From: Chlamydiia bacterium
Lineage (GTDB): Bacteria; Chlamydiota; Chlamydiia; Chlamydiales; Parachlamydiaceae
Length of the DNA: 18,738 nt
Direction: 5' to 3'
Assembly (NCBI GenBank): GCA_038257035.1
Contig: JBBSJT010000039.1
Location: 1-18,738 of the forward strand
Both the position numbers and the translations under genes were made by a program. Shown in pieces: positions 1 to 8,799 of this stretch; the stretch's first letter is position 1; every line of letters starts with the position of its first letter. Under the pieces are notes generated by a model that was not told the origin of the DNA, ran no database searches, and saw nothing but the letters and a program-made list of their open reading frames with translations.

Positions 1-48
1 CCGCGAAGCGACTCTGTCGCGTAGCGATCCTGCTTATCCTGTAAAAAA
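1..48. repeat. Right arm of palindromic element family A (truncated by window start)
   Basis: 46/48 nt identical to 8613-8660 (differences at positions 14 and 34). Confidence 0.9.
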
Positions 49-128
49 TATGAGAGGAGTAATTCCCTAAAGCTTGATCAAAAATTCATCTAAGTTCACT
101 CTTATTATCTGTAGTACAGATACAAGTG

Positions 129-1580
129 TTAAGGGGTTTCAATTTTGCGTGTGGTGCGGTCAATGACGTTTAGCGGGGTAATTTCGCTTTCTGTTGCAGC
201 GCCAAGCTCTTTAAATTTTCGTGCAGTTACAAGAACTCTTCCTTCAAATGAGCCGACAGACCTATTGTAAGCATGCACAGTTTTATCAAGATGATTTCTA
301 ATGTCATCAAAATGCTCGGCCATGATTTTTAAACGATCATAAAGATCTTTTCCAAGATTGCTTATTTCCTTAGCATTTGCAGCTATGAGTTCTTGTCTCC
401 ATCCGTAAGCTACCGAACGCAGTAAAGCAATTAATGTTGTAGGTGTTGCCAAAATCACTTTTTGTGCAACTCCCCACTCGATAAGTTCAGGATCCTGCTC
501 AAGGGCTGCACTAAAGAAAGTTTCACCCGGTAAAAAGAGAACTACAAATTCAGGCATTTCTTCGAATTGGTCCCAATAAGATTTAGCAGAAAGTTGGTTA
601 ATGTGTGTGCGAATCTGTTTGGCATGCTCTTTTAGTTTGATCACCCGGAAAATTTCATCGGGTTGCTCCAACGACTCTAAATAAGCAAGCAGTGGGGCCT
701 TTGAATCTACAACAATCTGTTTATTATTCGGAAGTTTGACAATAAGATCAGGTCTTAAGCGGCGATCATCAACCGTTACAGATTCTTGCTGAACAAAATC
801 GCAATGCTCAAGCATACCGGCCATTTCAACAACACGTTTAAGTTGAATTTCACCCCATCTACCGCGTACATTTGGCATTCTAAGCGCTTTTACAAGATTA
901 GCAGTCTCACCTTGAAGTTGAACTTGGGAAGTGGCAAGGGATCTAACCTGCTCGCACAATGTGGTGTACATTTTTGCCATGTCTTTTTCCATTTCCACAT
1001 TTTTATTTCCAAATTTGTCAAGCGTCTCCTTAATCGGTTTAACAAGCTCATCAATTGCTTTTTGGCGAACGTTTAAATCATGTTTTGCACCCTCTTGAAA
1101 CTTTTCAAGTTTGGCTGTTGCAAGATCCAAAAATGATTGCGTGTTATTTTTAAGGGCATCGGCAGACAATGCCTTAAAAGTATCACCAAGTTTTATTTGT
1201 GCTTGATTCAAAATATCTACTTTTTCTTGAAACACTTTACGTTCTTGATTTAAGGTTATTTCAAGGCCATTAATTTTGCTTTTAAGATCGGCATTGGATT
1301 CTTGCATTTCAAGATTCTGTCTATTCTTTTCAAAGTTCATCCCTTCAAGAATTGGGATGCGTGTATTTTTTTCTTCTGCAATTGTTCTTCTTTGGGTTTC
1401 AACTTTCAATTCAACCAAAAGCATTTCTTTTTCTTTTGAAATTTTTTCAAACATTTGCTTGATTCTTAAAATTTCCAATTCTTTTTCAGTTTTCAATTTA
1501 AAAATAAGAAATCCGATTCCACAAGTCATCATCAGAATCAAGGCTACAAATAGCATTAAAATCATTTCTATATTGCCCAT
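129..1580 (-). CDS. rmuC: DNA recombination protein RmuC
   Basis: N-terminal TM helix and long coiled coil, then [35 protein letters not shown] and [10 protein letters not shown] motifs typical of RmuC. Start is ambiguous (GTG 1586, ATG 1583 or ATG 1580); 1580 chosen from spacing to the GAGG RBS. Confidence 0.93.
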   Translation of the reverse strand: MGNIEMILMLFVALILMMTCGIGFLIFKLKTEKELEILRIKQMFEKISKEKEMLLVELKVETQRRTIAEEKNTRIPILEGMNFEKNRQNLEMQESNADLKSKINGLEITLNQERKVFQEKVDILNQAQIKLGDTFKALSADALKNNTQSFLDLATAKLEKFQEGAKHDLNVRQKAIDELVKPIKETLDKFGNKNVEMEKDMAKMYTTLCEQVRSLATSQVQLQGETANLVKALRMPNVRGRWGEIQLKRVVEMAGMLEHCDFVQQESVTVDDRRLRPDLIVKLPNNKQIVVDSKAPLLAYLESLEQPDEIFRVIKLKEHAKQIRTHINQLSAKSYWDQFEEMPEFVVLFLPGETFFSAALEQDPELIEWGVAQKVILATPTTLIALLRSVAYGWRQELIAANAKEISNLGKDLYDRLKIMAEHFDDIRNHLDKTVHAYNRSVGSFEGRVLVTARKFKELGAATESEITPLNVIDRTTRKIETP

Positions 1581-1682
1581 CATCACCTCTTCTAGTTTTT
1601 GGAAGCTATTCTACCTTTTTGAATGTTTTTCGACACTTTTCTTTTAGACTTTTTCTTCATCATGATCATAAGTTATGAATCC

Positions 1683-1712
1683 TTGCTAAAAAAAGTGGGT
1701 ATACTCTATGAT
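1683..1712 (+). promoter_or_regulatory. Possible sigma70/sigma66-type promoter for the sppA-polA-coaE-rho operon
   Basis: TTGCTA-N18-TATGAT about 80 nt upstream of ATG 1793. Motif match only, in AT-rich DNA. Confidence 0.3.
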
Positions 1713-1792
1713 GAATAACTCATCCTATTAAAAATGGCTAAGCAATTTTCGTTTAAGAAAATTAGCAAATCGCCCCACAAGGAATTTAAATT

Positions 1793-2839
1793 ATGCAAGA
1801 ATCCATCATTACTTCAGCAATGCGCTCTTTTGTCAAAACTTTTTTTGCCATTGTCGGACTTTTTACCGCAATTACTTTAATGCTTATACTCGCCGGATCA
1901 TTTCACGAAACGACATCGATCCTTAATGAGCCTGAAAATAGCTATACCCCAGAAATTGCTGCTAATGCAATGGGGCAACGTGTGAAACTTACTTCATCAG
2001 CCCCGATCATTTTGAAACTAAATATTTCAGGAGTCATCGGAACAGACAAACTGAATATGAATAATTTTAGAACAAAACTGATGGAATCAAGAACAGGTTA
2101 TTTTGAAAACAATCCACCGGCAGCCCTTCTTTTAAATATTCAATCTCCAGGTGGAACAGTCATTGATGCAGATGGAATTTATCGTGCCATTAAAAGTTAC
2201 AAAGAACAGTATAAAATCCCTGTGTATGCTTATGTTGATGGCCTTTGCGCTTCAGGCGGTATGTACATTTCTGCTGCAGCAGACAAAGTTTATGCAAGTG
2301 ATGTCAGTCTTATCGGCAGTATCGGTGTCATTTCCCCTCCCATTTTCAACTTTACAAAGACAATGGACAAAATAGGCGTTGAAGCTCTAACCTTATCGGC
2401 AGGCATTGGAAAAGATGAGCTAAACTCATTTAGAAGCTGGGGTCCGGATGAAGGCAAATCCTATCAAAGCATCATTGACAGCTATTATAATCACTTTGTT
2501 AATGTGATGACTTTAAACCGTAAAACGATTGATAAAACAAAACTTGTCAAAGATTATGGCGCGCAAATCTTTTCGGCGAAAGAAGCTGAAGAATTTGGCT
2601 TTATTGATGGTTCAGGAATTAGTTATAATGAAACGCTAAAACTTCTTGCCAAAGAAATTCATGCAGAAGAGGACCAATATCAAGTCATTCAACTTGAGAA
2701 AAAAACTCTATTGGCAGACCTTTTAGGAACTGATTTTTCCATACTTAAAGGACAGGTTAAACATCGTCTTGAATTTGGTGCTGATTTAAGCCCGGAAGTC
2801 ATGAATCAATTTTTATATTTATATCGTCCGGGGTTATAA
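1793..2839 (+). CDS. S49 family peptidase (SppA/SohB-like signal peptide peptidase)
   Basis: N-terminal TM segment; IQSPGG, LCASGGMYIS (catalytic Ser region), AADKVYA and IGSIGV motifs; AAGGA RBS upstream. Confidence 0.9.
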   Translation: MQESIITSAMRSFVKTFFAIVGLFTAITLMLILAGSFHETTSILNEPENSYTPEIAANAMGQRVKLTSSAPIILKLNISGVIGTDKLNMNNFRTKLMESRTGYFENNPPAALLLNIQSPGGTVIDADGIYRAIKSYKEQYKIPVYAYVDGLCASGGMYISAAADKVYASDVSLIGSIGVISPPIFNFTKTMDKIGVEALTLSAGIGKDELNSFRSWGPDEGKSYQSIIDSYYNHFVNVMTLNRKTIDKTKLVKDYGAQIFSAKEAEEFGFIDGSGISYNETLKLLAKEIHAEEDQYQVIQLEKKTLLADLLGTDFSILKGQVKHRLEFGADLSPEVMNQFLYLYRPGL

Positions 2840-2845
2840 GAAATT

Positions 2846-5518
2846 ATGGAAAAAATTTTTATCCTTGATGCTTCAGGCTACATTTATCGGGCCTATTTTG
2901 CCATTCAAAACATGACGAATTCTAAAGGAGAGTCTACTAATGCTCTCTTTGGTTATATCCGCTCGGTTTTAAAACTCTTTAAGGATTTTGAGCCTAAATA
3001 TTTTATCTCTGTTTTTGATGGTCCGAATAATGGAAAAGCAAGGAAGGAAATTTACGATAAATATAAAGCACACCGTTCGGCTATGCCGGCAGACCTTTTA
3101 TATCAAATCGCATGGGCCGAAAAATTTTGTGAACTGATTGGTATCCCCACTTTAAAAGTTCCTGAAGTTGAAGCCGATGATACCATGGCAAGCATTGCAG
3201 TTTGGGCAAAAAAAGAAGGCCTGACAGCTTATCTTTGTACAAGCGATAAAGATATGTGCCAGCTTGTTGATGATAAAATTTTCATTTTAAACACACATAA
3301 GGAAAATCTTATTTTAGATGCTTCTAAAATTGTTGAAAATTATGGTGTAAGCCCAAACCAGATTGCTGACTGGTTAAGCATAACGGGTGATTCTTCCGAT
3401 AACATCCCGGGGTTGGCAGGTTTTGGCAAAAAAACAGCTTCCACCTTGTTACAGCAATATGGGTCTTTGGAATATCTTTTAGAACATCCTGATGTTGTTA
3501 CAGGAAAAAAAAGAGAAGTTCTCATAGAAAAAGCTGAAGAAGCAAGAATGTGCAAAAAGCTTGTTCTTTTAAATTGTGAAGTTGAATTTCCAAAAGACCT
3601 TGAATTTTTTAAATTAAGAAATGCAGCCGATAAGGAAGTTTTAAGAGCATTTTATTCCGAAAAGAATTTCTCCACTTTAATCAAAGAGCTTGATCAGCAA
3701 ACAAGTAAAGATTCCACTGAATTAGAAGTTGCAGAGGTGAATCATTATCATTTGGTTGATGATGACGCTTCGTTAAATGAACTTTGTAAACACCTGGAAA
3801 CACAAAAAGAGATTTGTTTTAACACACAATCCACATCCCTAAAAGTGATGGATGCCGAACTTGTTGGCATTGGTTTTTCAGTTTCACCAAACAAAGCCTG
3901 GTATGTGCCAACCAATGGCAAACTCGGCATGCAGTCAGTTATTGAAAAGCTCAAACCTTTATTTGAAAATCCAAATCTCTCTTTTTACGGTCATAATGTC
4001 AAATCTGATCTTCATATTTTATTGAATTCAGGAATCAAAATTGCAAATATTGCCTTTGACACACTTCTTGCCTCCTATATTCTCAATTCACATAGTCGAA
4101 ACCACTCCCTTGACCATCTATTTTTAGAGAATTTTAGAAAAATCAAAATCCCTCTTCAAGATTTGATCGGCAAAGGAAGAAATGAAACTAGCATAAAAGA
4201 TGCAGAAATAGAAAAAGTTTCTACTTATTGCTGTGAAGATGTCGATTATACTTGCCGTTTGAAACAATTATTGGAATCCAAACTTGAGGAAAGAAAACTA
4301 ACAACTCTTTTTAAAACATTGGAGTTGCCCCTCATTCAACCCCTTTTCCATATGGAACGTAAAGGGATTTACCTTGATGTCGACTGTTTAAACAAACAGG
4401 GAGTTATTGTAAATGAGGCCATAGCTCTACTGAATGCATCTATTTTTGAGATGGCAGAAGAAACATTTAATTTAAATTCTCCAAAACAGTTAAGTGAAAT
4501 TCTTTTTACCAAATTACAAATTAAACCTCCTAAAAAAACGTTGACCGGGCTTTCCACAAATGTGGATGTACTTGAATCTTTAAAAAAAGATTACCCTATT
4601 GCCGGAAAAATTTTAGAATACCGCACGCTAGAAAAACTGCGTTCTACTTATATCGAATCGCTACCCTCTTCAATTAATTCAAAAACAAACCGCATTCATT
4701 GCTCATTTAACCAGTTAGGCGCTGCAACAGGAAGACTTTCCTGTCAGGATCCTAACTTACAGAACATTCCTGTTCGCGTTGAAATCGGGCGTCAAATCAG
4801 GCAAGCTTTTTGCCCTCAAAAACAAGGTTGGAGCTACTTGGCTGCCGATTATTCCCAAATTGAGCTTCGCCTTCTTGCTCATTTAAGTGAAGATGAAACC
4901 ATGATTGCAGCCTTTAAAAATAATGAAGACATTCATGCAAGAACCGCATCCACTATTTTTAACATCCCATTAAACGAAGTCACAAAAGAGCAGCGCTACC
5001 AAGCAAAAGCTGTCAATTTCGGAATTGTTTACGGACAGCAGGCCTATGGTTTATCTCAAGAATTACAAATTCCTGTAAAAGAAGCGGCCAGCTTTATTGA
5101 ACTTTATTTTCAAAAATATCCTCGCATCAAAGAGTTCATGGAATCATCAAAGGAAAAAGCACGAAAGACTGGTAAAACGGTGACTATTACAGGGCGTGAG
5201 CGCATGATCCCTGAAATTAATAGTTCAAATTTTATGCTTAAAAATGCAGCAGAGCGCCTTGCCATAAACACCCCACTACAAGGAACTGCTGCCGATTTAA
5301 TTAAGATGGCTATGTTAAAAATTGAGCAACTCTTTAAGAAGCAAGGACTTCTTGGATTTATGATCTTGCAAATTCATGATGAATTGATTTTCGAAGTTCC
5401 CGATTTTGAGATCATGCTAGTTGAACCGCTAGTAAAAGAAGCAATGGAAAACGTTGTAAAATTAAAAGTACCCTTAATTGTTGATATCGCTATTGGCAAA
5501 AATTGGAAAGAATGTTAA
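2846..5518 (+). CDS. polA: DNA polymerase I
   Basis: 5'-3' exonuclease (ILDASGYIYRAYFA, EADD, GDSSDNIPG); family A motifs TGRLSCQDPNLQNIP, ADYSQIELR, AKAVNFGIVYG and QIHDEL. Confidence 0.98.
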   Translation: MEKIFILDASGYIYRAYFAIQNMTNSKGESTNALFGYIRSVLKLFKDFEPKYFISVFDGPNNGKARKEIYDKYKAHRSAMPADLLYQIAWAEKFCELIGIPTLKVPEVEADDTMASIAVWAKKEGLTAYLCTSDKDMCQLVDDKIFILNTHKENLILDASKIVENYGVSPNQIADWLSITGDSSDNIPGLAGFGKKTASTLLQQYGSLEYLLEHPDVVTGKKREVLIEKAEEARMCKKLVLLNCEVEFPKDLEFFKLRNAADKEVLRAFYSEKNFSTLIKELDQQTSKDSTELEVAEVNHYHLVDDDASLNELCKHLETQKEICFNTQSTSLKVMDAELVGIGFSVSPNKAWYVPTNGKLGMQSVIEKLKPLFENPNLSFYGHNVKSDLHILLNSGIKIANIAFDTLLASYILNSHSRNHSLDHLFLENFRKIKIPLQDLIGKGRNETSIKDAEIEKVSTYCCEDVDYTCRLKQLLESKLEERKLTTLFKTLELPLIQPLFHMERKGIYLDVDCLNKQGVIVNEAIALLNASIFEMAEETFNLNSPKQLSEILFTKLQIKPPKKTLTGLSTNVDVLESLKKDYPIAGKILEYRTLEKLRSTYIESLPSSINSKTNRIHCSFNQLGAATGRLSCQDPNLQNIPVRVEIGRQIRQAFCPQKQGWSYLAADYSQIELRLLAHLSEDETMIAAFKNNEDIHARTASTIFNIPLNEVTKEQRYQAKAVNFGIVYGQQAYGLSQELQIPVKEAASFIELYFQKYPRIKEFMESSKEKARKTGKTVTITGRERMIPEINSSNFMLKNAAERLAINTPLQGTAADLIKMAMLKIEQLFKKQGLLGFMILQIHDELIFEVPDFEIMLVEPLVKEAMENVVKLKVPLIVDIAIGKNWKEC

Positions 5519-6120
5519 ACTTCAATAAAACCTTGAAAAAAGGTGCTGTCACCGGCGGTTTATCCTGCGGCAAATCTACAGTTTGCCGATTTTTTCGGGA
5601 AAATGGCGCCTATGTGGTTAGTGCTGATGAGATCGTACACGAACTTTTGTTCGAAAACCAAGAAATCATTCAAAAAGTTACTGCACTTCTTGGGACCGAC
5701 ATATTCACCGATAATCATATAGACCGAGCAAAAATTGCAAAAAAGGTATTTCATCAACCCTTATATTTAAAATCTTTAGAAGATATTCTGCATCCTTCAG
5801 TTTTAATGGAAATCAAAAACCAATATGAGCTGAAACGACAAGAAGGAACGACTTCATTGTTCATTGCAGAAATCCCCTTATTATTTGAAACAAATAATGA
5901 TTTGGAATTTGATTTTACAATTGCTGTGATTGCAGATGAAGCAATCAGTAAAAAGCGTTTTCAACATTCGATGGATGAATTTGATAAACGATCCAAAAGG
6001 CAACTTAAGAACACAGAGAAAGCCCAAAAAGCAAATTATGTCATCACCAATAATGGTTCTTTAACAGAATTAAAAGAAACAGTGAACAAGCTATATAACA
6101 CAATAACTTCAGCAAAATAA
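5512..6120 (+). CDS. coaE: Dephospho-CoA kinase
   Basis: P-loop VTGGLSCGKST, then SADEIVHEL, LEDILHP, EIPLLFE and VITNNGS. ATG 5512 overlaps the end of polA; the TTG 5503 start is less likely. Confidence 0.94.
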   Translation: MLNFNKTLKKGAVTGGLSCGKSTVCRFFRENGAYVVSADEIVHELLFENQEIIQKVTALLGTDIFTDNHIDRAKIAKKVFHQPLYLKSLEDILHPSVLMEIKNQYELKRQEGTTSLFIAEIPLLFETNNDLEFDFTIAVIADEAISKKRFQHSMDEFDKRSKRQLKNTEKAQKANYVITNNGSLTELKETVNKLYNTITSAK

Positions 6121-6154
6121 AATTTAAACACTTAAAAGGGAGTCTATTTTTTAA

Positions 6155-7531
6155 ATGGATCCAGAAAACTACAAAGAAAGCAAATCGCACCTCAGTGAAG
6201 GCCCAAAAACTCTCTCGGCCGAACAAGAAAATCGTCAAAATGAAAGATCTGAAGCTTCTCAAAATCCTAATGGTGAGATTATTCAAATTGCCGGTATTCA
6301 ACGCATGAATATTGATCAATTGAATCTTTATGCAAGACAAAATGGTCTTAAGCATTTGGGTTCTTTGACAAAATCACAAATGGTTTTTGAAATTGTACGC
6401 GCCATTTCTGAAAATCCAAATCAAACACTTTATGGCGAAGGCGTCTTAGAAACTCTTCCTGATGGTTTTGGTTTTCTTCGTTCTCCAAATTATAACTACT
6501 TGCCATCTGCAGAAGATATTTATGTCTCACCAGCACAAATTCGTCGATTTGACTTGAAAAAAGGCGATACAGTTTGCGGAACAATCAGACCCCCAAAAGA
6601 AAAAGAAAAATATTTTGCTTTATTGAAAGTCGATGTCATTAATGGAAAAGGACCTGAAAAAGCAAAAGAGCGCATTTTATTTGAAAACTTAACTCCTCAT
6701 TATCCAAATGAGCGCCTTGTCATGGAGACAACAAAAGAAAATATTTCCATGCGTGTTTTAGATTTGGCTGCACCTATTGGAAAAGGACAACGCGGACTGA
6801 TTGTTGCACCTCCACGAACAGGAAAAACAATTCTTCTTCAAAGCATTGCTAATTCAATCGCCATCAATAATCCGGATTGTACTTTAATCGTACTTCTTAT
6901 TGACGAGCGTCCGGAAGAAGTAACAGACATGCAAAAATTTGTTAAGGGCGAAGTTATCTCCTCAACATTTGATGAGCCACCTGAGCGTCACGTACAAGTT
7001 GCTGAAATGGCCATTGAAAAAGCGCGTAGATTAGTTGAATACGGTCATGATGTTATCATCCTACTCGATTCGATCACTAGATTGGCACGTGCTTATAATA
7101 CGATTCAGCCCCATTCCGGCAAAATCCTGACAGGCGGTATTGATGCTAATGCTCTGCATAAACCAAAACGCTTTTTTGGTGCCGCACGAAATATTGAACA
7201 AGGTGGATCCTTAACCATCATTGCAACGGCATTGATCGATACGGGCTCTCGTATGGACGAGGTTATCTTTGAAGAATTCAAAGGTACCGGCAATATGGAA
7301 CTTGTTTTAGAGCGAAGACTTGCTGAGCGCCGCATATTCCCGGCAATTGACATTGTGAAGAGCGGAACTAGAAAAGAAGAACTTCTTGTCCACGAAGATG
7401 AGCTGCAAAAACTTTATCTATTACGTCAAGCAATTGCGGATTTAGCCTCTATTGATGCAATGAACCTTCTTTTAGGTCGTCTTAAGAAGACTGGCAGTAA
7501 TGCTGAATTTTTACTTTCCATGAAAGAATAG
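6155..7531 (+). CDS. rho: Transcription termination factor Rho
   Basis: [60 protein letters not shown] and [11 protein letters not shown] motifs; GGGAG RBS. Confidence 0.98.
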   Translation: MDPENYKESKSHLSEGPKTLSAEQENRQNERSEASQNPNGEIIQIAGIQRMNIDQLNLYARQNGLKHLGSLTKSQMVFEIVRAISENPNQTLYGEGVLETLPDGFGFLRSPNYNYLPSAEDIYVSPAQIRRFDLKKGDTVCGTIRPPKEKEKYFALLKVDVINGKGPEKAKERILFENLTPHYPNERLVMETTKENISMRVLDLAAPIGKGQRGLIVAPPRTGKTILLQSIANSIAINNPDCTLIVLLIDERPEEVTDMQKFVKGEVISSTFDEPPERHVQVAEMAIEKARRLVEYGHDVIILLDSITRLARAYNTIQPHSGKILTGGIDANALHKPKRFFGAARNIEQGGSLTIIATALIDTGSRMDEVIFEEFKGTGNMELVLERRLAERRIFPAIDIVKSGTRKEELLVHEDELQKLYLLRQAIADLASIDAMNLLLGRLKKTGSNAEFLLSMKE

Positions 7532-7545
7532 TTTAAGGGGGTTCC

Positions 7546-8373
7546 ATGCGTTTAATCAAATCATTCATGTTACTAGGTGTATTAACTGCCGGCGCTTGGT
7601 GGTTTTTAAATCCTAACAATCAACTTAAAGAGATGATCTCATCTTATGTTGAAAACGGAGAAATATTAACGCTGGAAGCCAAATTTACTCCTGAACAACT
7701 TATGGAAATTAATCGTTCCGATTTGCTGGCAGATTCGTCGCGCTCCTATAGAGAATCTAACCTTAAGTATTACCCCTATCTCTTAATGGATGTTAAATAC
7801 ATTCAATCTGATAAGAAATCAAAAGAAGGGGTAGTTCTTTGGGGTTTAATCGATGGAGAAATGGTTTTAAATACCGATTCTTTTGAAAAGACCCACGGAT
7901 TTGAAGATGCTATTAATGCAAATGCCACCTCAACAGACTTTAAAATCATTAATGTTTTAGCAAAAAATAGAGGTTCATTAACTTATGATGAACTTCAAAG
8001 AGAATTAAAGCTTGATAGTGACATTATTGATCCTTGGATTGAAAGCGTACGAAAAAAATATCTGGTTGTTCTAAAGGGTAATCAGTTGCAACTTCATTTT
8101 GAAGATCCAAAAATTTTAGTCTCCCCACAGACACTTTTCAAACAGAATATTGTTTCGAAAACTTATTCTTATGATCAGCGCGTTTCAAAAAAATATTCCA
8201 ATTCTCAAATTGAAAAAATTGCAAAATCAGCCTTCGGGACAGATTTTACGATTCGTAACATGAAGGAAATCTACTTACCGGTTTATCAACTGGAGGTACA
8301 AAATCCTGATGGTTCAATCATGGGTAGCTTCTGGAACGCCCTCAACGGTAAACGCATCACCGCCGCCTACTAA
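7546..8373 (+). CDS. Hypothetical membrane-anchored or exported protein
   Basis: 275-aa ORF 14 nt after the rho stop, with AAGGGGG RBS and hydrophobic N-terminus (MRLIKSFMLLGVLTAGAWWF). Confidence 0.85.
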   Translation: MRLIKSFMLLGVLTAGAWWFLNPNNQLKEMISSYVENGEILTLEAKFTPEQLMEINRSDLLADSSRSYRESNLKYYPYLLMDVKYIQSDKKSKEGVVLWGLIDGEMVLNTDSFEKTHGFEDAINANATSTDFKIINVLAKNRGSLTYDELQRELKLDSDIIDPWIESVRKKYLVVLKGNQLQLHFEDPKILVSPQTLFKQNIVSKTYSYDQRVSKKYSNSQIEKIAKSAFGTDFTIRNMKEIYLPVYQLEVQNPDGSIMGSFWNALNGKRITAAY

Positions 8374-8483
8374 GCGGCGCATTCAACAAAAGAACATGTG
8401 TAGCGTAGGTTTTAACTTAGCGGTTTTCAACGGGTTTTAACCTGCAAGGGTTATATATTCATGTCAGCGAATCAGCTATTTAA

Positions 8484-8675
8484 TATAACATTTCGATTTT
8501 TTACAGGATATGCAGGATCGCTTCGCGACAAGGTCGCTTCGCGGCAGGATCAGGCAGGATAATATCAATCTTAGGTGTATCCTAGAGATTGATATTATCC
8601 TGCCTGATCCTGCCGCGAAGCGACTTTGTCGCGTAGCGATCCTGCATATCCTGTAAAAAAATCGAAAATGTTATA
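8484..8675. repeat. 192-bp near-perfect palindrome (family A; non-autonomous element candidate)
   Basis: Arms 8484-8570 and 8587-8675 are reverse complements apart from 2 substitutions and 2 homopolymer indels. Centre is TAGG-tgtat-CCTA. A second copy is at 1-48. Confidence 0.92.
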
Positions 8676-8727
8676 GATTGTAGAGGTCTAATTTTTTTTT
8701 TACTTTGAAATAGAACCGGTATATTTT

Positions 8728-8791
8728 GTTCTTCGCGGTAAAAAAAAGCAAAAGACCTCGTTGATCTTCTTTCTGCGCTCTGTGGTTAAAA
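8728..8791 (-). repeat. Solo ends of the ACCACAGAG and ACCGCGAAG repeat families downstream of gatB
   Basis: 8728-8745 is the exact reverse complement of 15977-15994 (18 nt); 8778-8786 is the reverse complement of 17112-17120. Confidence 0.7.
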
Positions 8792-8799
8792 ATCTCTCG

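Noticed and set aside
1666..1767. Short palindromes TCATAA-G-TTATGA and AATTTTC-N6-GAAAATT in the rmuC/S49 peptidase divergent gap as operators
   Set aside because: Short AT-only palindromes are expected by chance here, and I recognise no known operator consensus.
8361..8379. CGCCGC-ctactaa-GCGGCG hairpin as the operon terminator
   Set aside because: It is a 6-bp stem overlapping the stop codon with no following U-tract, so there is not enough support.
8484..8675. Simple intrinsic terminator interpretation of families A and C
   Set aside because: T-tracts lie at the 5' side and A-tracts at the 3' side as part of the stem, the opposite of a hairpin followed by a U-tract, and the stems are far too long. 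An effect on termination or RNA stability is still possible.
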